Of a stretch of 64,000 nucleotides of DNA, positions 30,225 through 40,576 are shown piece after piece. The position numbers and the translations under genes were made by a program. Source of the stretch: a bacterium (lineage in GTDB: Bacteria; Joyebacterota; Joyebacteria; Joyebacterales; Joyebacteraceae); assembly GCA_029990205.1 (NCBI GenBank), contig JAPEKQ010000002.1, positions 96,845 through 160,844 on the forward strand, read 5' to 3'. The notes beneath the pieces were generated by a model, which was not told where the DNA came from, made no database searches, and saw only the letters and a program-made list of their open reading frames with translations. How positions within the stretch are numbered: the stretch's first letter is position 1; the number at the start of each line of letters is the position of its first letter.

Positions 30225-31454
30225 CTACCCGCGCTCGGCGAGTTCCTCGAGCCTTGCGGGAAGCGCGTCCCAGGAGTAGCGGGACCTCACGAAGCTCCGT
30301 CCGGCCAGCCCGATCCTCTCGCGAAGCCCCGCGTCGTTGAGAAGCCGCACGATCTCCGCGGCGACCATCTCCGGCGCGTCCCGAACGATGATCTCGGATC
30401 CATCGTCCGCCTCGATACCGCGATTGACGATCTCCGTTACGACCGACGGTATCCCTGCCGCCATTGCCTCGAGCACCTTGTTCTGGACGCCCGCCGCGTA
30501 GCGCAGAGGCGCGGCGAAGACCTCGCCCGTGCGATAGACCTCCGTGAGCGATTCGACATACCCGGCGACATCGACCCACCCGAGATCCCCCAGCGAGGCG
30601 ACCGCGGGTGTGAGGGAGTGACCGACGACGCGCAGGCGGGCCTGCGGCTGCCGCGTGATCACGAGGGGCATGATGTCCCGGGCGAGATGGGTCACGGCAT
30701 CGATGTTGTGTGGGATGCTCAGATTGCCGACGAACAGCACGGTCCTGGCAGCCGCTGAGTCGATTCCCGCCCGGCTCTGCTTGAGGTCGGCGTGCGGCGC
30801 GAGATCGAACAACGCACTCTCGACACCGTTCGTCACGACACGCACCGGAGCGCCCGGCGCCAGGCCCAGAATCGCATCCCTGTCAGACGCCGAGACCACC
30901 CAGCTTTCGTCGAACGCCCGGGTGATCCTCGCTTCGTACGCCGCGATCTTCCTGGCCTCCCACGCGTAGGCCGGACGAATCGGCGCGGGACGATGCGGCA
31001 ATGACGCCAGGAGTTCTGCTGAGATGGCGTCGGTGAGATCCATCACGTGAACCTGACCGGGATGCTGCTTCATCACGCTCCCGTCAGGTCCCAGGACGAA
31101 CTGCGCCATCCGGAAGAGATGTACGAAGACGACATCGTACTCCCGCTCGCGCAGCGCGCGCTGTACGGCCGCCCGCATTGCAGACGACTGATAGTAGCTT
31201 GCCTGAAACGGCGCCGGGCTCAGCAGGCGCGCAGCCATGTTGATGTACGACGCTCGCCGCGACAGAGGCACGGTCGTCACGTCGGCGCGCTCCCGCAGCG
31301 CGGCCACGTTCGTGTCGTGATCCCCGTCATCGGTGAACGTGATCAGGTCGACTTCGTGACGTTCCGAGACGCTCCGGAGCGTGTTCCACGTGCGCAGACG
31401 GTCGCCCCTCAGCGGTGGGTAGGGCAGTCGAGACGTCAGCATCAGGACACGCAC
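30225..31454 (-). CDS. glycosyltransferase, GT-B fold (resembles EpsH1/PEP-CTERM-associated sugar transferases)
   Basis: RVLMLTSRLPYPPLRGDRLRTWNTLRSVSERHEVDLITF, and at the C-terminus GVQNKVLEAMAAGIPSVVT. Confidence 0.78.
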   Translation of the reverse strand: MRVLMLTSRLPYPPLRGDRLRTWNTLRSVSERHEVDLITFTDDGDHDTNVAALRERADVTTVPLSRRASYINMAARLLSPAPFQASYYQSSAMRAAVQRALREREYDVVFVHLFRMAQFVLGPDGSVMKQHPGQVHVMDLTDAISAELLASLPHRPAPIRPAYAWEARKIAAYEARITRAFDESWVVSASDRDAILGLAPGAPVRVVTNGVESALFDLAPHADLKQSRAGIDSAAARTVLFVGNLSIPHNIDAVTHLARDIMPLVITRQPQARLRVVGHSLTPAVASLGDLGWVDVAGYVESLTEVYRTGEVFAAPLRYAAGVQNKVLEAMAAGIPSVVTEIVNRGIEADDGSEIIVRDAPEMVAAEIVRLLNDAGLRERIGLAGRSFVRSRYSWDALPARLEELAERG

Positions 31455-32923
31455 GAGCCCTCCCCCACGGAGTTCTCACACGCGGAGTCCTGACGCGTGG
31501 AGGCGACTGCCTGCGCGACGCCGAGCACGAGGACGATCACAAGACCGGCGTTCTTCGAGTAGAACTGCGGCGACGTGACGGAGAGCGCGAGGAAGGCGAT
31601 GAGCACACCGAAGCCGGCGAACAACGCCGCTCGCATCCACACCGAGTCCGCCGAGCGAGCGCTTCGGAAGACCTGCGCCACACCCCGGAGATAGAGCACG
31701 AGGTACGATACGAGCCCGACGATGCCAAGCTTGAAAACCAGGAAGAGATAGGCGTTGTGACCGTAGTTGGTCTCACGGAAGAAGCTGCGGATCGGCGACA
31801 TGTAGCTGAACGTCGCGCCAAGACCGTGTCCGATGATCGGGTTCCGTGCGATGAGTTCGATCTGCGCACGCGCTTCCTCGAGGCGCTCGTAGACCGTGAT
31901 CGACGCGAGTGGTGAGGAGAGCGTGGAGAACCGACTGGCGAGGCTCCCAAGCACGCCGAAGATCCGCCAACCGAAGACGGCGTAGGCGCCGGCCAGGGCG
32001 GCGCCGGCAAGGATGAGCGCGAAGCCGGCCACGCGAGCGGGCCGCGCCCGACACGCGAGCGCGGAGACGGCGACCGCGATGACTCCGCCCAGCCAGAATC
32101 CCCGGGAAAGCGAGACGGCCAGCGCGAGCGTGCTCACGAGCCCGAGCACGATCGCGGCGGCGAACTCGCTCCGCCGACGCGCGAGGAAGAACAGCGTGGC
32201 CGCGCCGACGAGTGCGACCATCGGGAGGACCTCGTTGACCGGCGCTCGCTGCCACTGCATCTCCGACGCGAAGGCAGCGACGCTCAGCATCTGGTTGTAG
32301 GTCAGCAAGGCATTGACGGCGAAGAAGACGACGACGGCAAGAAACGCGATGCCGAGTGCGGCCGCGCTCTTCCGGGACCGGGCGACCGTCGCGATCGGGA
32401 AGAACAGGACCAGCGGCGAGAACCGGACGAGGTCACGGAACCACCAGAGAACGCTCCCCCCGTAAAGAAGCGCCGGGAGAAGCGAGGCCGCGGCGATGAT
32501 GAAGAACACGCTGATGGCCCGACCGACCGGCGACGCGACAGCGCGAGCGCCCTCGGGCGACCGGGCATGGCGCACAAGCCACCCGAGAAGCGTCAGGCCG
32601 AACAGCGCGGCGTACGCGAGTTCGACCACGTCGATCTCGACGTTGCTCTGGAGTGTCCGCATCTGGAGGAGGACAATGAGCAGAAGGCCGGCGAAGGTGT
32701 TCGAGTAGGCCAGGACCGCCACGGCCGCGAAGAGCGCCGCGCCCACGAGAAGCAGCGGCTCCCGCATGCCGACCCAGGCGAGCAGCGCCTGCGGGACCGC
32801 CAGAATGAGCAGGAGCGTGATGAGCCTGCCATCGATCCGGTACGAGTGATCGGTCAGGACGTCTCCGGCTGCCTCATGCGGCGTCACGGTCGCCACCCCG
32901 CCCGCTGAGACGCGCCACATCAC
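31442..32923 (-). CDS. O-antigen polymerase/ligase-like (Wzy-type) polytopic membrane protein
   Basis: About 11 hydrophobic segments, with a Wzy_C-like loop FRETNYGHNAYLFLVFKLG. Start uncertain. Confidence 0.68.
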   Translation of the reverse strand: MMWRVSAGGVATVTPHEAAGDVLTDHSYRIDGRLITLLLILAVPQALLAWVGMREPLLLVGAALFAAVAVLAYSNTFAGLLLIVLLQMRTLQSNVEIDVVELAYAALFGLTLLGWLVRHARSPEGARAVASPVGRAISVFFIIAAASLLPALLYGGSVLWWFRDLVRFSPLVLFFPIATVARSRKSAAALGIAFLAVVVFFAVNALLTYNQMLSVAAFASEMQWQRAPVNEVLPMVALVGAATLFFLARRRSEFAAAIVLGLVSTLALAVSLSRGFWLGGVIAVAVSALACRARPARVAGFALILAGAALAGAYAVFGWRIFGVLGSLASRFSTLSSPLASITVYERLEEARAQIELIARNPIIGHGLGATFSYMSPIRSFFRETNYGHNAYLFLVFKLGIVGLVSYLVLYLRGVAQVFRSARSADSVWMRAALFAGFGVLIAFLALSVTSPQFYSKNAGLVIVLVLGVAQAVASTRQDSACENSVGEGSCVS

Positions 32924-34082
32924 TCCGCAGCATGCCTGCGATCGCGTCGAGGTTGCGTCTGGTCGGGCTGCTGGCGTCGGTCGTGCGCAGGAACTCGAGC
33001 CACAACGCCATCAGAATCCCGGTCACGAGACCGATGAGCGCGCCGATGATGACCATCACGGTCCGTCGGGGCCTCGTCCGGATCTCGGGGGCGCGCGGGA
33101 TGTCGAGGAGCTGGAGCGTCGGGGTGTCCCGCTGCTCCTGTATCCGCGCCGCCTCGTACTCCTGCACGAGGTAGAAGTAGACCTGATTGAGCACCTCGGT
33201 CTCGCGCATGAGCCCGCCCAGCTCGATAGCGAGCTCGGGCATCTCCGCGAGCGGGATCGTGGAGCCTCCCGATGTTCCGCCCGTGCGCAGCTCGGCCAGC
33301 TGGCGCCGGTACTCGCGAAGCTCGGACTCGAGCCTCACGACCTCGGGGTGGTCCTCGCTGGCGTAGCCGCGCAGGAGTCCCATCTGGATCTCGGTCATCG
33401 CGACCTGAGCCTCAAGGCTCGCGAGAGCCGTGATCGTCGCCCGCGCCTGTTCCGTCATCTCGATGCTCGCGTGTTCGCGCTGGAAGTCGACGAGCTCCTG
33501 CTCGGCCGCGCTCAGGCGCTCGCGCGTGTCCTCGAGGCGCCCCTTCACGAACTCGCGGACCCGGCGTCCTGAGGTCGACCGGACCTCGGAGTTGTACGTC
33601 TCGAGTTCCGAAAGGAAGGTCCCGGCGACGTCGCGCGCGCGAACCGGGTCTCGCGCTTCAACGGAGACGCGGACCACGCCGTTCTCGTCAAGCACGACGT
33701 CGGTCCGGTCGCGAAGCGTCAGCATTGCCTCGTCGATCGTGTCCGAGCGGTAGACGTCCATGAGCCCGTTCTGACGGACGACGGCCTCGCGAACGCGACG
33801 GCTCTCCATGACCGCAAGCAGCACCTGCCCCGGTGATGCGGTCCCCGGCATATCGAAGATGGGCAGCGAGGCCTCGACGTAGCTCAGCAGTCCCGGCTCG
33901 CGCCCGGACTGCTCCGTCGGAATGACGCTCCCGTTCGACGTGTACCACTTCGGGATGACGAGTGAGATCACCGCCGTCACGGCTGCAACGACGAGGATGT
34001 TGAGCACGATGACCTTGCGCCACTTCAGTAGAACGACCAGATAGTCGGTCAGCGATCCGCTGCCGCGGGCCTGCTCGGCCAT
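32874..34082 (-). CDS. polysaccharide co-polymerase / chain-length determinant (Wzz/GumC-like, no kinase domain)
   Basis: LTDYLVVLLKWRKVIVLNILVV...PKWYTS, a long coiled-coil middle region, and a C-terminal TM. ATG 34082 with GGAGGGG upstream. Confidence 0.75.
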   Translation of the reverse strand: MAEQARGSGSLTDYLVVLLKWRKVIVLNILVVAAVTAVISLVIPKWYTSNGSVIPTEQSGREPGLLSYVEASLPIFDMPGTASPGQVLLAVMESRRVREAVVRQNGLMDVYRSDTIDEAMLTLRDRTDVVLDENGVVRVSVEARDPVRARDVAGTFLSELETYNSEVRSTSGRRVREFVKGRLEDTRERLSAAEQELVDFQREHASIEMTEQARATITALASLEAQVAMTEIQMGLLRGYASEDHPEVVRLESELREYRRQLAELRTGGTSGGSTIPLAEMPELAIELGGLMRETEVLNQVYFYLVQEYEAARIQEQRDTPTLQLLDIPRAPEIRTRPRRTVMVIIGALIGLVTGILMALWLEFLRTTDASSPTRRNLDAIAGMLRSDVARLSGRGGDRDAA

Positions 34083-34099
34083 GTCCCCTCCAGGGATCA

Positions 34100-35689
34100 C
34101 TACTGCGAGATATTGTCTATGACGATGTAGATCGTGGCGACCTGACCGGCGATCGATAGCACGTCCTTGGTCACCTGGAGCCAGTCGGTCGCCTCGCGCC
34201 GCGGGACGAAGACGGTGTCACCGGACCGCACCGGGGTTCGCGTCGTAGCCCGCACGCGCTGTCCCGTGATAGAGCGCACGACGCTCACGCGCCGACGGCT
34301 CGCCAGCGGCGCATACCCGCCGGCCGCGTCGACGTAGTCGCGGATCGAGCCTCCGTCCACGAAATCGACATACCCGGGGGTCGCCACCGCGCCGCTGACC
34401 CGTACGGCGTCCATGCGTCTCGGGACATCAATGACATCGCCGCCCCGAAGGAGCGGGTCATCTCCCTCTCCATGCTCGAAGAGAGCTCGGAAGTCGACGG
34501 AAACGAGCACCGAGGGCTCGACCGTGGTGGCGTGGAGGAACGACGCCTCCTCTGTCGTGAGCGACCCGCGGTCGCTCTCCATGAGAAACGCCAGCTCGCG
34601 CTCGCCCGCGGTCTCGCCCGCCGACGGTGAACGCCGCGTGAGCGATGCCCGGTCGAGGTCCGCCCAATCGGTGAAGCCTCCGGCTCGCTCGATGACATCG
34701 GTCAGCCGGTCCTCACCCTCGATGATCGCGAAGTGTCCGGCGTTCGTGGCCTCGCCGCTCACCTCGACCCGGTATGCAACATGCCAGAGATCGTCGCGCC
34801 GCACGTAGATGCGGTCTCCATCCGTCAGAACCCGGTTGAGGTCGCTCTGCTCCCACGCGGCCTCGGAGAGGTCCAGCATCTCGCTCTCGTACGCCCGCGG
34901 ATCATCCGGGGAGAATCGGACGAATTCCACGGATGCCATCATGGCATCGCGGCGCGCGCCGCCGGCGACGCTGATGGCATCGGACAGACGGTCACCCGGA
35001 AGCAACCCGTACATTCCAGGCACGTTCACGGCTCCGACGATCTCGAATACCCGGCTGCGGAACGGGACGTGAACGATGTTCCCCCGGGCCGCCATCGGGT
35101 TGCCTTCGAGATCTCCGGCATTGGCGTAGCTCGCGAGGTCGGCACGCACAACCCCTCCGTCGTCGCCCCGAAGCTCCACCCCCCTGAGCGACGCTCTCGG
35201 CAGGGGACCGCCGGCCATCTCGATGACGCGTGAGATCCTCGTCGTCGCGAGCACCTCGTAGCTCCCCGGTCGCTCGACGGCTCCCGTTACGTGCAGCGTG
35301 GTGCTCCTCGGTGAAACGAGTGTCAGGAGCAGTTCGACGTGGTGGTAGTAGTCCTCGAGCGCGTCCCGGACGGCGACCTCCACCTCCGCGATGGTCATAT
35401 CACGCACATCGACGACGCCCCCCTCAGGGAGAACGATCGATCCCGCCGGCCCCACGCGCAGTTGGACGGCGAGATTCTGCTCGCCGAGAATGCTCAGAAG
35501 GAACCCGTCGCCGGGCCCGACGACGTACTCGTCCGCCGCAACCGGACCGTCCGGCGCCATCGCCCGCGTGTCCTTGACCTCCCAGGCCGGCGTCGCCTCG
35601 ACGACGGCGGTCGGCGAACCCGCCTGAGGTGGGACCTCCGGCACCTGCGCCGTCAGCAACGACGCTACCATGAGAGTATGAAGAAGCAT
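34100..35689 (-). CDS. polysaccharide export protein (Wza/OPX-like with repeated SLBB domains)
   Basis: Signal peptide, then YVVGPGDGFLLSILGEQNL...GSIVLPEGGVVDVRDMT and repeated GGxxxxA..R.V.L.R segments. Confidence 0.75.
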   Translation of the reverse strand: MLLHTLMVASLLTAQVPEVPPQAGSPTAVVEATPAWEVKDTRAMAPDGPVAADEYVVGPGDGFLLSILGEQNLAVQLRVGPAGSIVLPEGGVVDVRDMTIAEVEVAVRDALEDYYHHVELLLTLVSPRSTTLHVTGAVERPGSYEVLATTRISRVIEMAGGPLPRASLRGVELRGDDGGVVRADLASYANAGDLEGNPMAARGNIVHVPFRSRVFEIVGAVNVPGMYGLLPGDRLSDAISVAGGARRDAMMASVEFVRFSPDDPRAYESEMLDLSEAAWEQSDLNRVLTDGDRIYVRRDDLWHVAYRVEVSGEATNAGHFAIIEGEDRLTDVIERAGGFTDWADLDRASLTRRSPSAGETAGERELAFLMESDRGSLTTEEASFLHATTVEPSVLVSVDFRALFEHGEGDDPLLRGGDVIDVPRRMDAVRVSGAVATPGYVDFVDGGSIRDYVDAAGGYAPLASRRRVSVVRSITGQRVRATTRTPVRSGDTVFVPRREATDWLQVTKDVLSIAGQVATIYIVIDNISQ

Positions 35690-35799
35690 GCCCCTGCGCC
35701 TCCTGGGCTCGGGTCAGCGTGTGCAACATGGTCAATAATGTGATGGTATGGGAATGATGAGACGTGTGTCAATACGGCTGTGTTCGATGCGCCGGCCGC

Positions 35800-37398
35800 C
35801 TAGAGATAGCCGAGGTCTTCGAGGCGCTTCCTGATGGCCTCGTCGTCGGGACCGTCCTCGAGGTCGGGCGCCGCGCCCTGTCCCTCCGCGACCGAGCGGA
35901 CAGCGTGACTCAGCAGAAAGTCGGGGTCGAGTATCTCGGTCAGCACGCGCCCCTCCATGCTCTCGGGGAGGCCTTCATCAAGGAGATGGAGGATCGTCGG
36001 GGCAACATCGACGACGGACGGCCCGCCACCGCGGCCGCGACCGCTCGTTCCGATCCGCGCGCCGGCGGCGAGCAGCACTCCGTTCATGCGGTGCGAGCCG
36101 CTGTGTCTTGGCGAGAACGTCCGTTCCTCCCATAGCGGCGCATCGAGTTCGTCCTTGAGCATCACGCACGACCAGTCGTTCGCCGACACGAGCAGGTCAG
36201 GGAGCACAACGCCATCAGGGCTCGGTCCTTTCTCCCCCGGCAGGACAGCCTCGAACGCGATCCCCCGCTCCGCACCCCATCCCAGGAGTCGCTCCCGGAT
36301 GTCGCGCGCCAGATCGAGCCTCGCGCCGGGATCCGGACGAAGCATCCGGTTGACGTAGATGCCGCCGAAAGGAATGGTGTGACCGGGATCGAACGCGGCG
36401 CTGCGCTCGAAGTCCACCGTCCCGCGTACACCCAGGACCGACTCGCCGCGCCGGCGGCGGCCGCGATCGTAGAGCCGGGGCGCGACCTTGTGGACCCCGA
36501 TGACCCGTGCCGCTCCCCGCACCGCGCTCCACGCGGCCCGTCGTGCCCGATCGGCGACGGCATCGCTCTGCCCGCCGGGAACGAGGAGCCCCTGCTCCAT
36601 GAGCCACGCGTTCAACCGGAAGACGGCCGTGTTCGCCCCGAATCCATGGTCCGAGACGATGAGGACGCTCGTGTCGTCATCCGCAGCGTCGAGGAGACGC
36701 GCGACCGCGTCGTCGACACGCGACCAGAAGGCCGGATCCGCCGCCGCGCCGCCGTCGGTCCCGCTCCACAGGCGGTGCTGGTACCAGTCGGTCGCAGCCA
36801 GCACGACCCAGGCGAGGTCCCACTCCTGTTCGCGCAGCACGGCCGAGGCGACACGGGCCTGGACGTCCAGAACGGACTCCGTCTCCCGTTTGAACCTCAC
36901 GGCGTCGTCGTACTCGGCGTCGTGGTACGGGACCACGAGATCGTAGCGCCCGCCGGCCAGTTCGTTGAGTCTGGCTCGCATCTCCGGCGGGTACGTGTAG
37001 TCATCATCCGGCGTCGCACCGACGCCGGCCGTCATGGCTCCGTTCAGCGGATACGGAGGGAGCAGCATCGGGAAGTTGAGGACCACGGACCGCCTGTCTC
37101 GGGCGGTGAGCACGTCCCAGACGGCGCGTCCCGCGTAGTCACGCGAACCGATCGGCCTGAGGCGCATGTCCTCGCCGGTCGGCGTGACGAAGTCGAACAC
37201 GCCCGTTGTCTCCGGGCGAAGCCCTGTGGCCATTGTCAGCCAGGACGGCCCGGTCGCGGGAGGCACTGTGCTCTCGAGCGTCGCGGAGGTCCCCCGACGT
37301 TCAAGAGCGGACAGGGTCGGCATGGTGCCGTCGTCCATACGCGCGCCCATCACGTCGAACGTGGCGCCGTCCAGACCGATAACCAGAACTCGTGTCAT
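35800..37398 (-). CDS. alkaline-phosphatase-superfamily protein (type I phosphodiesterase/nucleotide pyrophosphatase family)
   Basis: MTRVLVIGLDGATFDVM...PATGPSWLTMATG...VLIVSDHGF. ATG 37396-37398 forms an ATGA overlap with the wzx stop. The upstream 137 codons of the track ORF are Arg-rich filler. Confidence 0.7.
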   Translation of the reverse strand: MTRVLVIGLDGATFDVMGARMDDGTMPTLSALERRGTSATLESTVPPATGPSWLTMATGLRPETTGVFDFVTPTGEDMRLRPIGSRDYAGRAVWDVLTARDRRSVVLNFPMLLPPYPLNGAMTAGVGATPDDDYTYPPEMRARLNELAGGRYDLVVPYHDAEYDDAVRFKRETESVLDVQARVASAVLREQEWDLAWVVLAATDWYQHRLWSGTDGGAAADPAFWSRVDDAVARLLDAADDDTSVLIVSDHGFGANTAVFRLNAWLMEQGLLVPGGQSDAVADRARRAAWSAVRGAARVIGVHKVAPRLYDRGRRRRGESVLGVRGTVDFERSAAFDPGHTIPFGGIYVNRMLRPDPGARLDLARDIRERLLGWGAERGIAFEAVLPGEKGPSPDGVVLPDLLVSANDWSCVMLKDELDAPLWEERTFSPRHSGSHRMNGVLLAAGARIGTSGRGRGGGPSVVDVAPTILHLLDEGLPESMEGRVLTEILDPDFLLSHAVRSVAEGQGAAPDLEDGPDDEAIRKRLEDLGYL

Positions 37399-38906
37399 TC
37401 GCCCACCCTCCTCAGGTCGAGCCTGCGAAGGAATCGCCGGGCGACCTCGCGATCGATGTCGTCGAAGGAGCGCGAGAGCGCGAAGCCCACGATACACAGC
37501 GCCGCAAGGACCGCTCCGAAGAGGATGACCAGCCAGCCGCCGGGTCGTCCGAACGCGACGTGGATACCGCGGACAGCGAACCCCACGACCACGAGTACAG
37601 CGACGGGGCGCGCGTGCTCGACCGAGAACGGCCACATCCCGTGAAGGACGCGAATCTCGAGAACACCCGCCAGGCCGCCCGCCGCGAGACCGCACGCCCC
37701 GGCGATAGCAGCGCCGACGACACCGTGCGACGGGATCAGGACTATGTCGAGAACCACGTTCACAACGACCATGACGAGCGCGTTGACGAATGAGAGTCGC
37801 GTGTGCCCCCACGCTTCGAGCGTCATGCCCTCGGGCCCGAGGATCGTCTTGAAGAACCGTCCCGCCGCGAGGATCACGAGCGCCAGGCCTCCGGCCGCAT
37901 AGCGTTGCGTGAACAGGAGCTGCACGACCTCATCGCCGAACAGCACGAGCGCGAGAAAGAGGATGCCATTGACCATGAAGACCCACTTGACGATCCGGTG
38001 GTAGAGCGAACCGATCTCCCCGGGATCATCCATGGCGATCCGCTCGCTGATGACAGGCTTGTACACGCGGGCGAACGACGCGAGAACGAGCGTGAGCGGC
38101 ATCACAAGACTCACGATGACCCGGTAGAGACCCGCGTCCGCCGCGGGCCGCATCCAGCCGAGAAAGAGGATGTCGAGCTGGCCGCGGAAGGTCACGACGA
38201 TGGTCGCCAGTGAAAGCGGCCACGAGTACGCGATGATCTGCCGCATGGACACGCGCGCCTGCGGACCCGAGAAGAAGAGCGGCCGCAGCCGGAATGCGAG
38301 GAACCACGTCGCCGCGAGTGCGGTTCCCAGCACGGCGAGCGCGTATCCGGACGCCCATCCGAGGAGCCCTGCGCCGGTGCCGAACAGGGCGACCGCCGCC
38401 GCGATCTTGAGGATCGGGAGCGTCAGGTACTGTATGTAGACCTCGTAGCGGACCTCCTGGCAGCCCACGAACGCGCTTGAGACCAGACGGATGAGAGCCA
38501 TGAACGGGATGCTCAACGCGACCAGCCGGAGCACGGGGGCGAGTTCGGCCTTGCCGAAGAGGCCCTCCGCGATCGGTACGGAGAAGACGGCCAGGACGAC
38601 CAGAACGACGGCTGAGGCCGTGAGCGAGAAGGTGAGGGAGCGCATGAGCAGGACGCCTGCCCTGCCGCGCTCGCCACGGGCCAGGTACTCCGGGATGAAA
38701 CGATCGAGTGCGTTCGGAAGGCCGAGAAGGACGACGAGCAGCGCGACGTTCGCGATGGCCTGAGCGAGCACGAATGTGCCGAACCGGTCCGGCCCGAGCC
38801 AACGCGTGAGAATGGCGAGCAGAACGTAGTTGAGCACGAGCGCCGCCACCGAACCGGTCAGCCCGATGCCAGCCTCCTTGAAGACCTTGAAGACCCTGCC
38901 CCTCAC
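37395..38906 (-). CDS. polysaccharide flippase (Wzx, MOP superfamily)
   Basis: 503 aa with about 14 hydrophobic segments, matching the usual polysaccharide-biosynthesis-protein layout. Confidence 0.78.
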   Translation of the reverse strand: MRGRVFKVFKEAGIGLTGSVAALVLNYVLLAILTRWLGPDRFGTFVLAQAIANVALLVVLLGLPNALDRFIPEYLARGERGRAGVLLMRSLTFSLTASAVVLVVLAVFSVPIAEGLFGKAELAPVLRLVALSIPFMALIRLVSSAFVGCQEVRYEVYIQYLTLPILKIAAAVALFGTGAGLLGWASGYALAVLGTALAATWFLAFRLRPLFFSGPQARVSMRQIIAYSWPLSLATIVVTFRGQLDILFLGWMRPAADAGLYRVIVSLVMPLTLVLASFARVYKPVISERIAMDDPGEIGSLYHRIVKWVFMVNGILFLALVLFGDEVVQLLFTQRYAAGGLALVILAAGRFFKTILGPEGMTLEAWGHTRLSFVNALVMVVVNVVLDIVLIPSHGVVGAAIAGACGLAAGGLAGVLEIRVLHGMWPFSVEHARPVAVLVVVGFAVRGIHVAFGRPGGWLVILFGAVLAALCIVGFALSRSFDDIDREVARRFLRRLDLRRVGE

Positions 38907-38960
38907 ATGTCCCCCTGCTCCTGACGCGCATCCGTCTCGCGCAACGTGCGCCCGGTGATG

Positions 38961-38989
38961 TTGAACCGCTATCCTACAGAGTGTAAGAT
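38961..38989 (+). promoter_or_regulatory. candidate sigma70-type promoter for the GT2 gene
   Basis: TTGAAC, 17 nt, TAAGAT. Confidence 0.55.
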
Positions 38990-39059
38990 ACTGCGTCCGC
39001 GATTGCGAGACGCGTGCAACGCGACGAGTCCAGGCAGACCACCCCGATCGGAGGCATCA

Positions 39060-40004
39060 GTGAGCGGAGTCAGCGGCATTGTGGTGCAGTACGGTCCGCC
39101 CGACCTGCTTCTCTCGCTCATCGACTCTCTCACGCATCACGAGAATGTAGCACTCATCTCGGAGCTCGTCATTGTCGACAACGGCGGCGGTCTGGGCGAC
39201 ACCGGCCGGCGCCGCGTCGAGGCGGCAGCGGAATCGCTGAACGTCCGGTTCGTCGAGACGCAGGGAACGAGCTACTCCGGCGGTGTGAATGCCGGCGTGA
39301 GGGCCTGCTCCGGCGACCTCGTCCTCGTCATGAACAACGATCTCATGTGGGCGCCGGACCTCAGCGTGCGTCCCCTCGAGGACGCGATGCTCGACGAGAC
39401 GGTGGGCATCGCCGGCCCGCAGCTCCTCAACGAAGACGGCTCGTGGCAGAGGAGCTTCGGACGATTCCCTTCGGTATCCTCGGCTCTCGAGTCGCTGTTC
39501 TTCATCGACACACTTCGAAACGCGCGCGCCGCCGGTCGAATGGCGGAAGCGCGCACCGGCAGACCGAAGGCGGTGCACTACGTCGACGGAGCGATGATGT
39601 GTGTCCGAAGGCGCTGCTTCGATGAGATTGGTGGATTGGACGAGTCGCTCCCGTTCTACGGTGAGGACACGGACTTCTGCCGTCGGGCGGCAATACGCGG
39701 ATGGACGGTGGCGTTCGTCCCGGCGGCCGGCGTCGTGCACGTCCGCGGCGCGACATCGACGCGGGAAGATCCCGCGGGCTACGAACGGAAGCTCTACTCC
39801 TCGAAGATCCGGTTCGTGAGGCGAACGGGAGGCGCAGCACGGGCGAGCTGGTACGCGCGGATCCTCAAGGCCGCGCTGGCTGTTCGAGCGGGGCTCTATC
39901 CGATCGCAGCCGCCGCGGCCGGGACCGAGTCGGCCCGCGCCAGAGCGGCGGCTGCTCAGAAACGATACGCGGCGGTCCGGGATCTCCCCGCCACCGGCGT
40001 CTAG
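39060..40004 (+). CDS. glycosyltransferase family 2
   Basis: SGIVVQYGPPDLL...VIVDNGG...YSGGVNAG...VMNNDL...GAMMCVRR. GTG 39060 is preceded by GGAGG (5-nt spacer). The track start at 38946 would overlap the promoter. Confidence 0.8.
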   Translation: MSGVSGIVVQYGPPDLLLSLIDSLTHHENVALISELVIVDNGGGLGDTGRRRVEAAAESLNVRFVETQGTSYSGGVNAGVRACSGDLVLVMNNDLMWAPDLSVRPLEDAMLDETVGIAGPQLLNEDGSWQRSFGRFPSVSSALESLFFIDTLRNARAAGRMAEARTGRPKAVHYVDGAMMCVRRRCFDEIGGLDESLPFYGEDTDFCRRAAIRGWTVAFVPAAGVVHVRGATSTREDPAGYERKLYSSKIRFVRRTGGAARASWYARILKAALAVRAGLYPIAAAAAGTESARARAAAAQKRYAAVRDLPATGV

Positions 40005-40017
40005 CTACCCTCTCTAC

Positions 40018-40515
40018 CTACCCGTCCTGTCGTCCCCAATCGTACGGCACGGTGCCGTCGTGCGGGTCGACGCGGAACTCATCCGGCTCGTCGTAGCGGT
40101 AGACCTCGGTCGGGCAGTTCACGAGCAGCCCCGGCTTGTCGCCGATGGCCTTCATGCCGTGGAGCACGCCCGGCGGGATGACGATGAGAATGCGGTTCTG
40201 CTCACCCATGAAGAACTCGTTGATCTCGCCATGGGTCGGCGAGTCCTCTCGACCGTCGTAGAGGACGACCTTCATCATCCCGCTGACGATCGTGAAGTAA
40301 TCCGTCTGCACCTTATGGTAGTGCCATCCCTTCACAACACCGGGGTAGGCGGCGGAGAGGTAGACCTGCCCGAACTTCTGGAAGATCCCGTCGTCCGCGC
40401 GGAGCATCTCCATAAGATAGCCACGCTCGTCGGGAATGAGCCGAAGCTGCTTGATCTCGACCCCGTCGATGAGGCGCTTCGCCTTCACGCCCGGCGGGAC
40501 TGCCTTCGTAGACAT
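40018..40515 (-). CDS. RmlC-like cupin (dTDP-4-dehydrorhamnose 3,5-epimerase-related)
   Basis: IPDERGYLMEMLR...VKGWHYHKVQTDYFTIVSG...IPPGVLHG. ATG 40515 with GAGGGGGA upstream. Confidence 0.75.
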   Translation of the reverse strand: MSTKAVPPGVKAKRLIDGVEIKQLRLIPDERGYLMEMLRADDGIFQKFGQVYLSAAYPGVVKGWHYHKVQTDYFTIVSGMMKVVLYDGREDSPTHGEINEFFMGEQNRILIVIPPGVLHGMKAIGDKPGLLVNCPTEVYRYDEPDEFRVDPHDGTVPYDWGRQDG

Positions 40516-40576
40516 CCTGTCCCCCTCGTGTTCGTCAATCGGAGCACGCAGGCCCCGTGGTGAGAGACCTGACCCT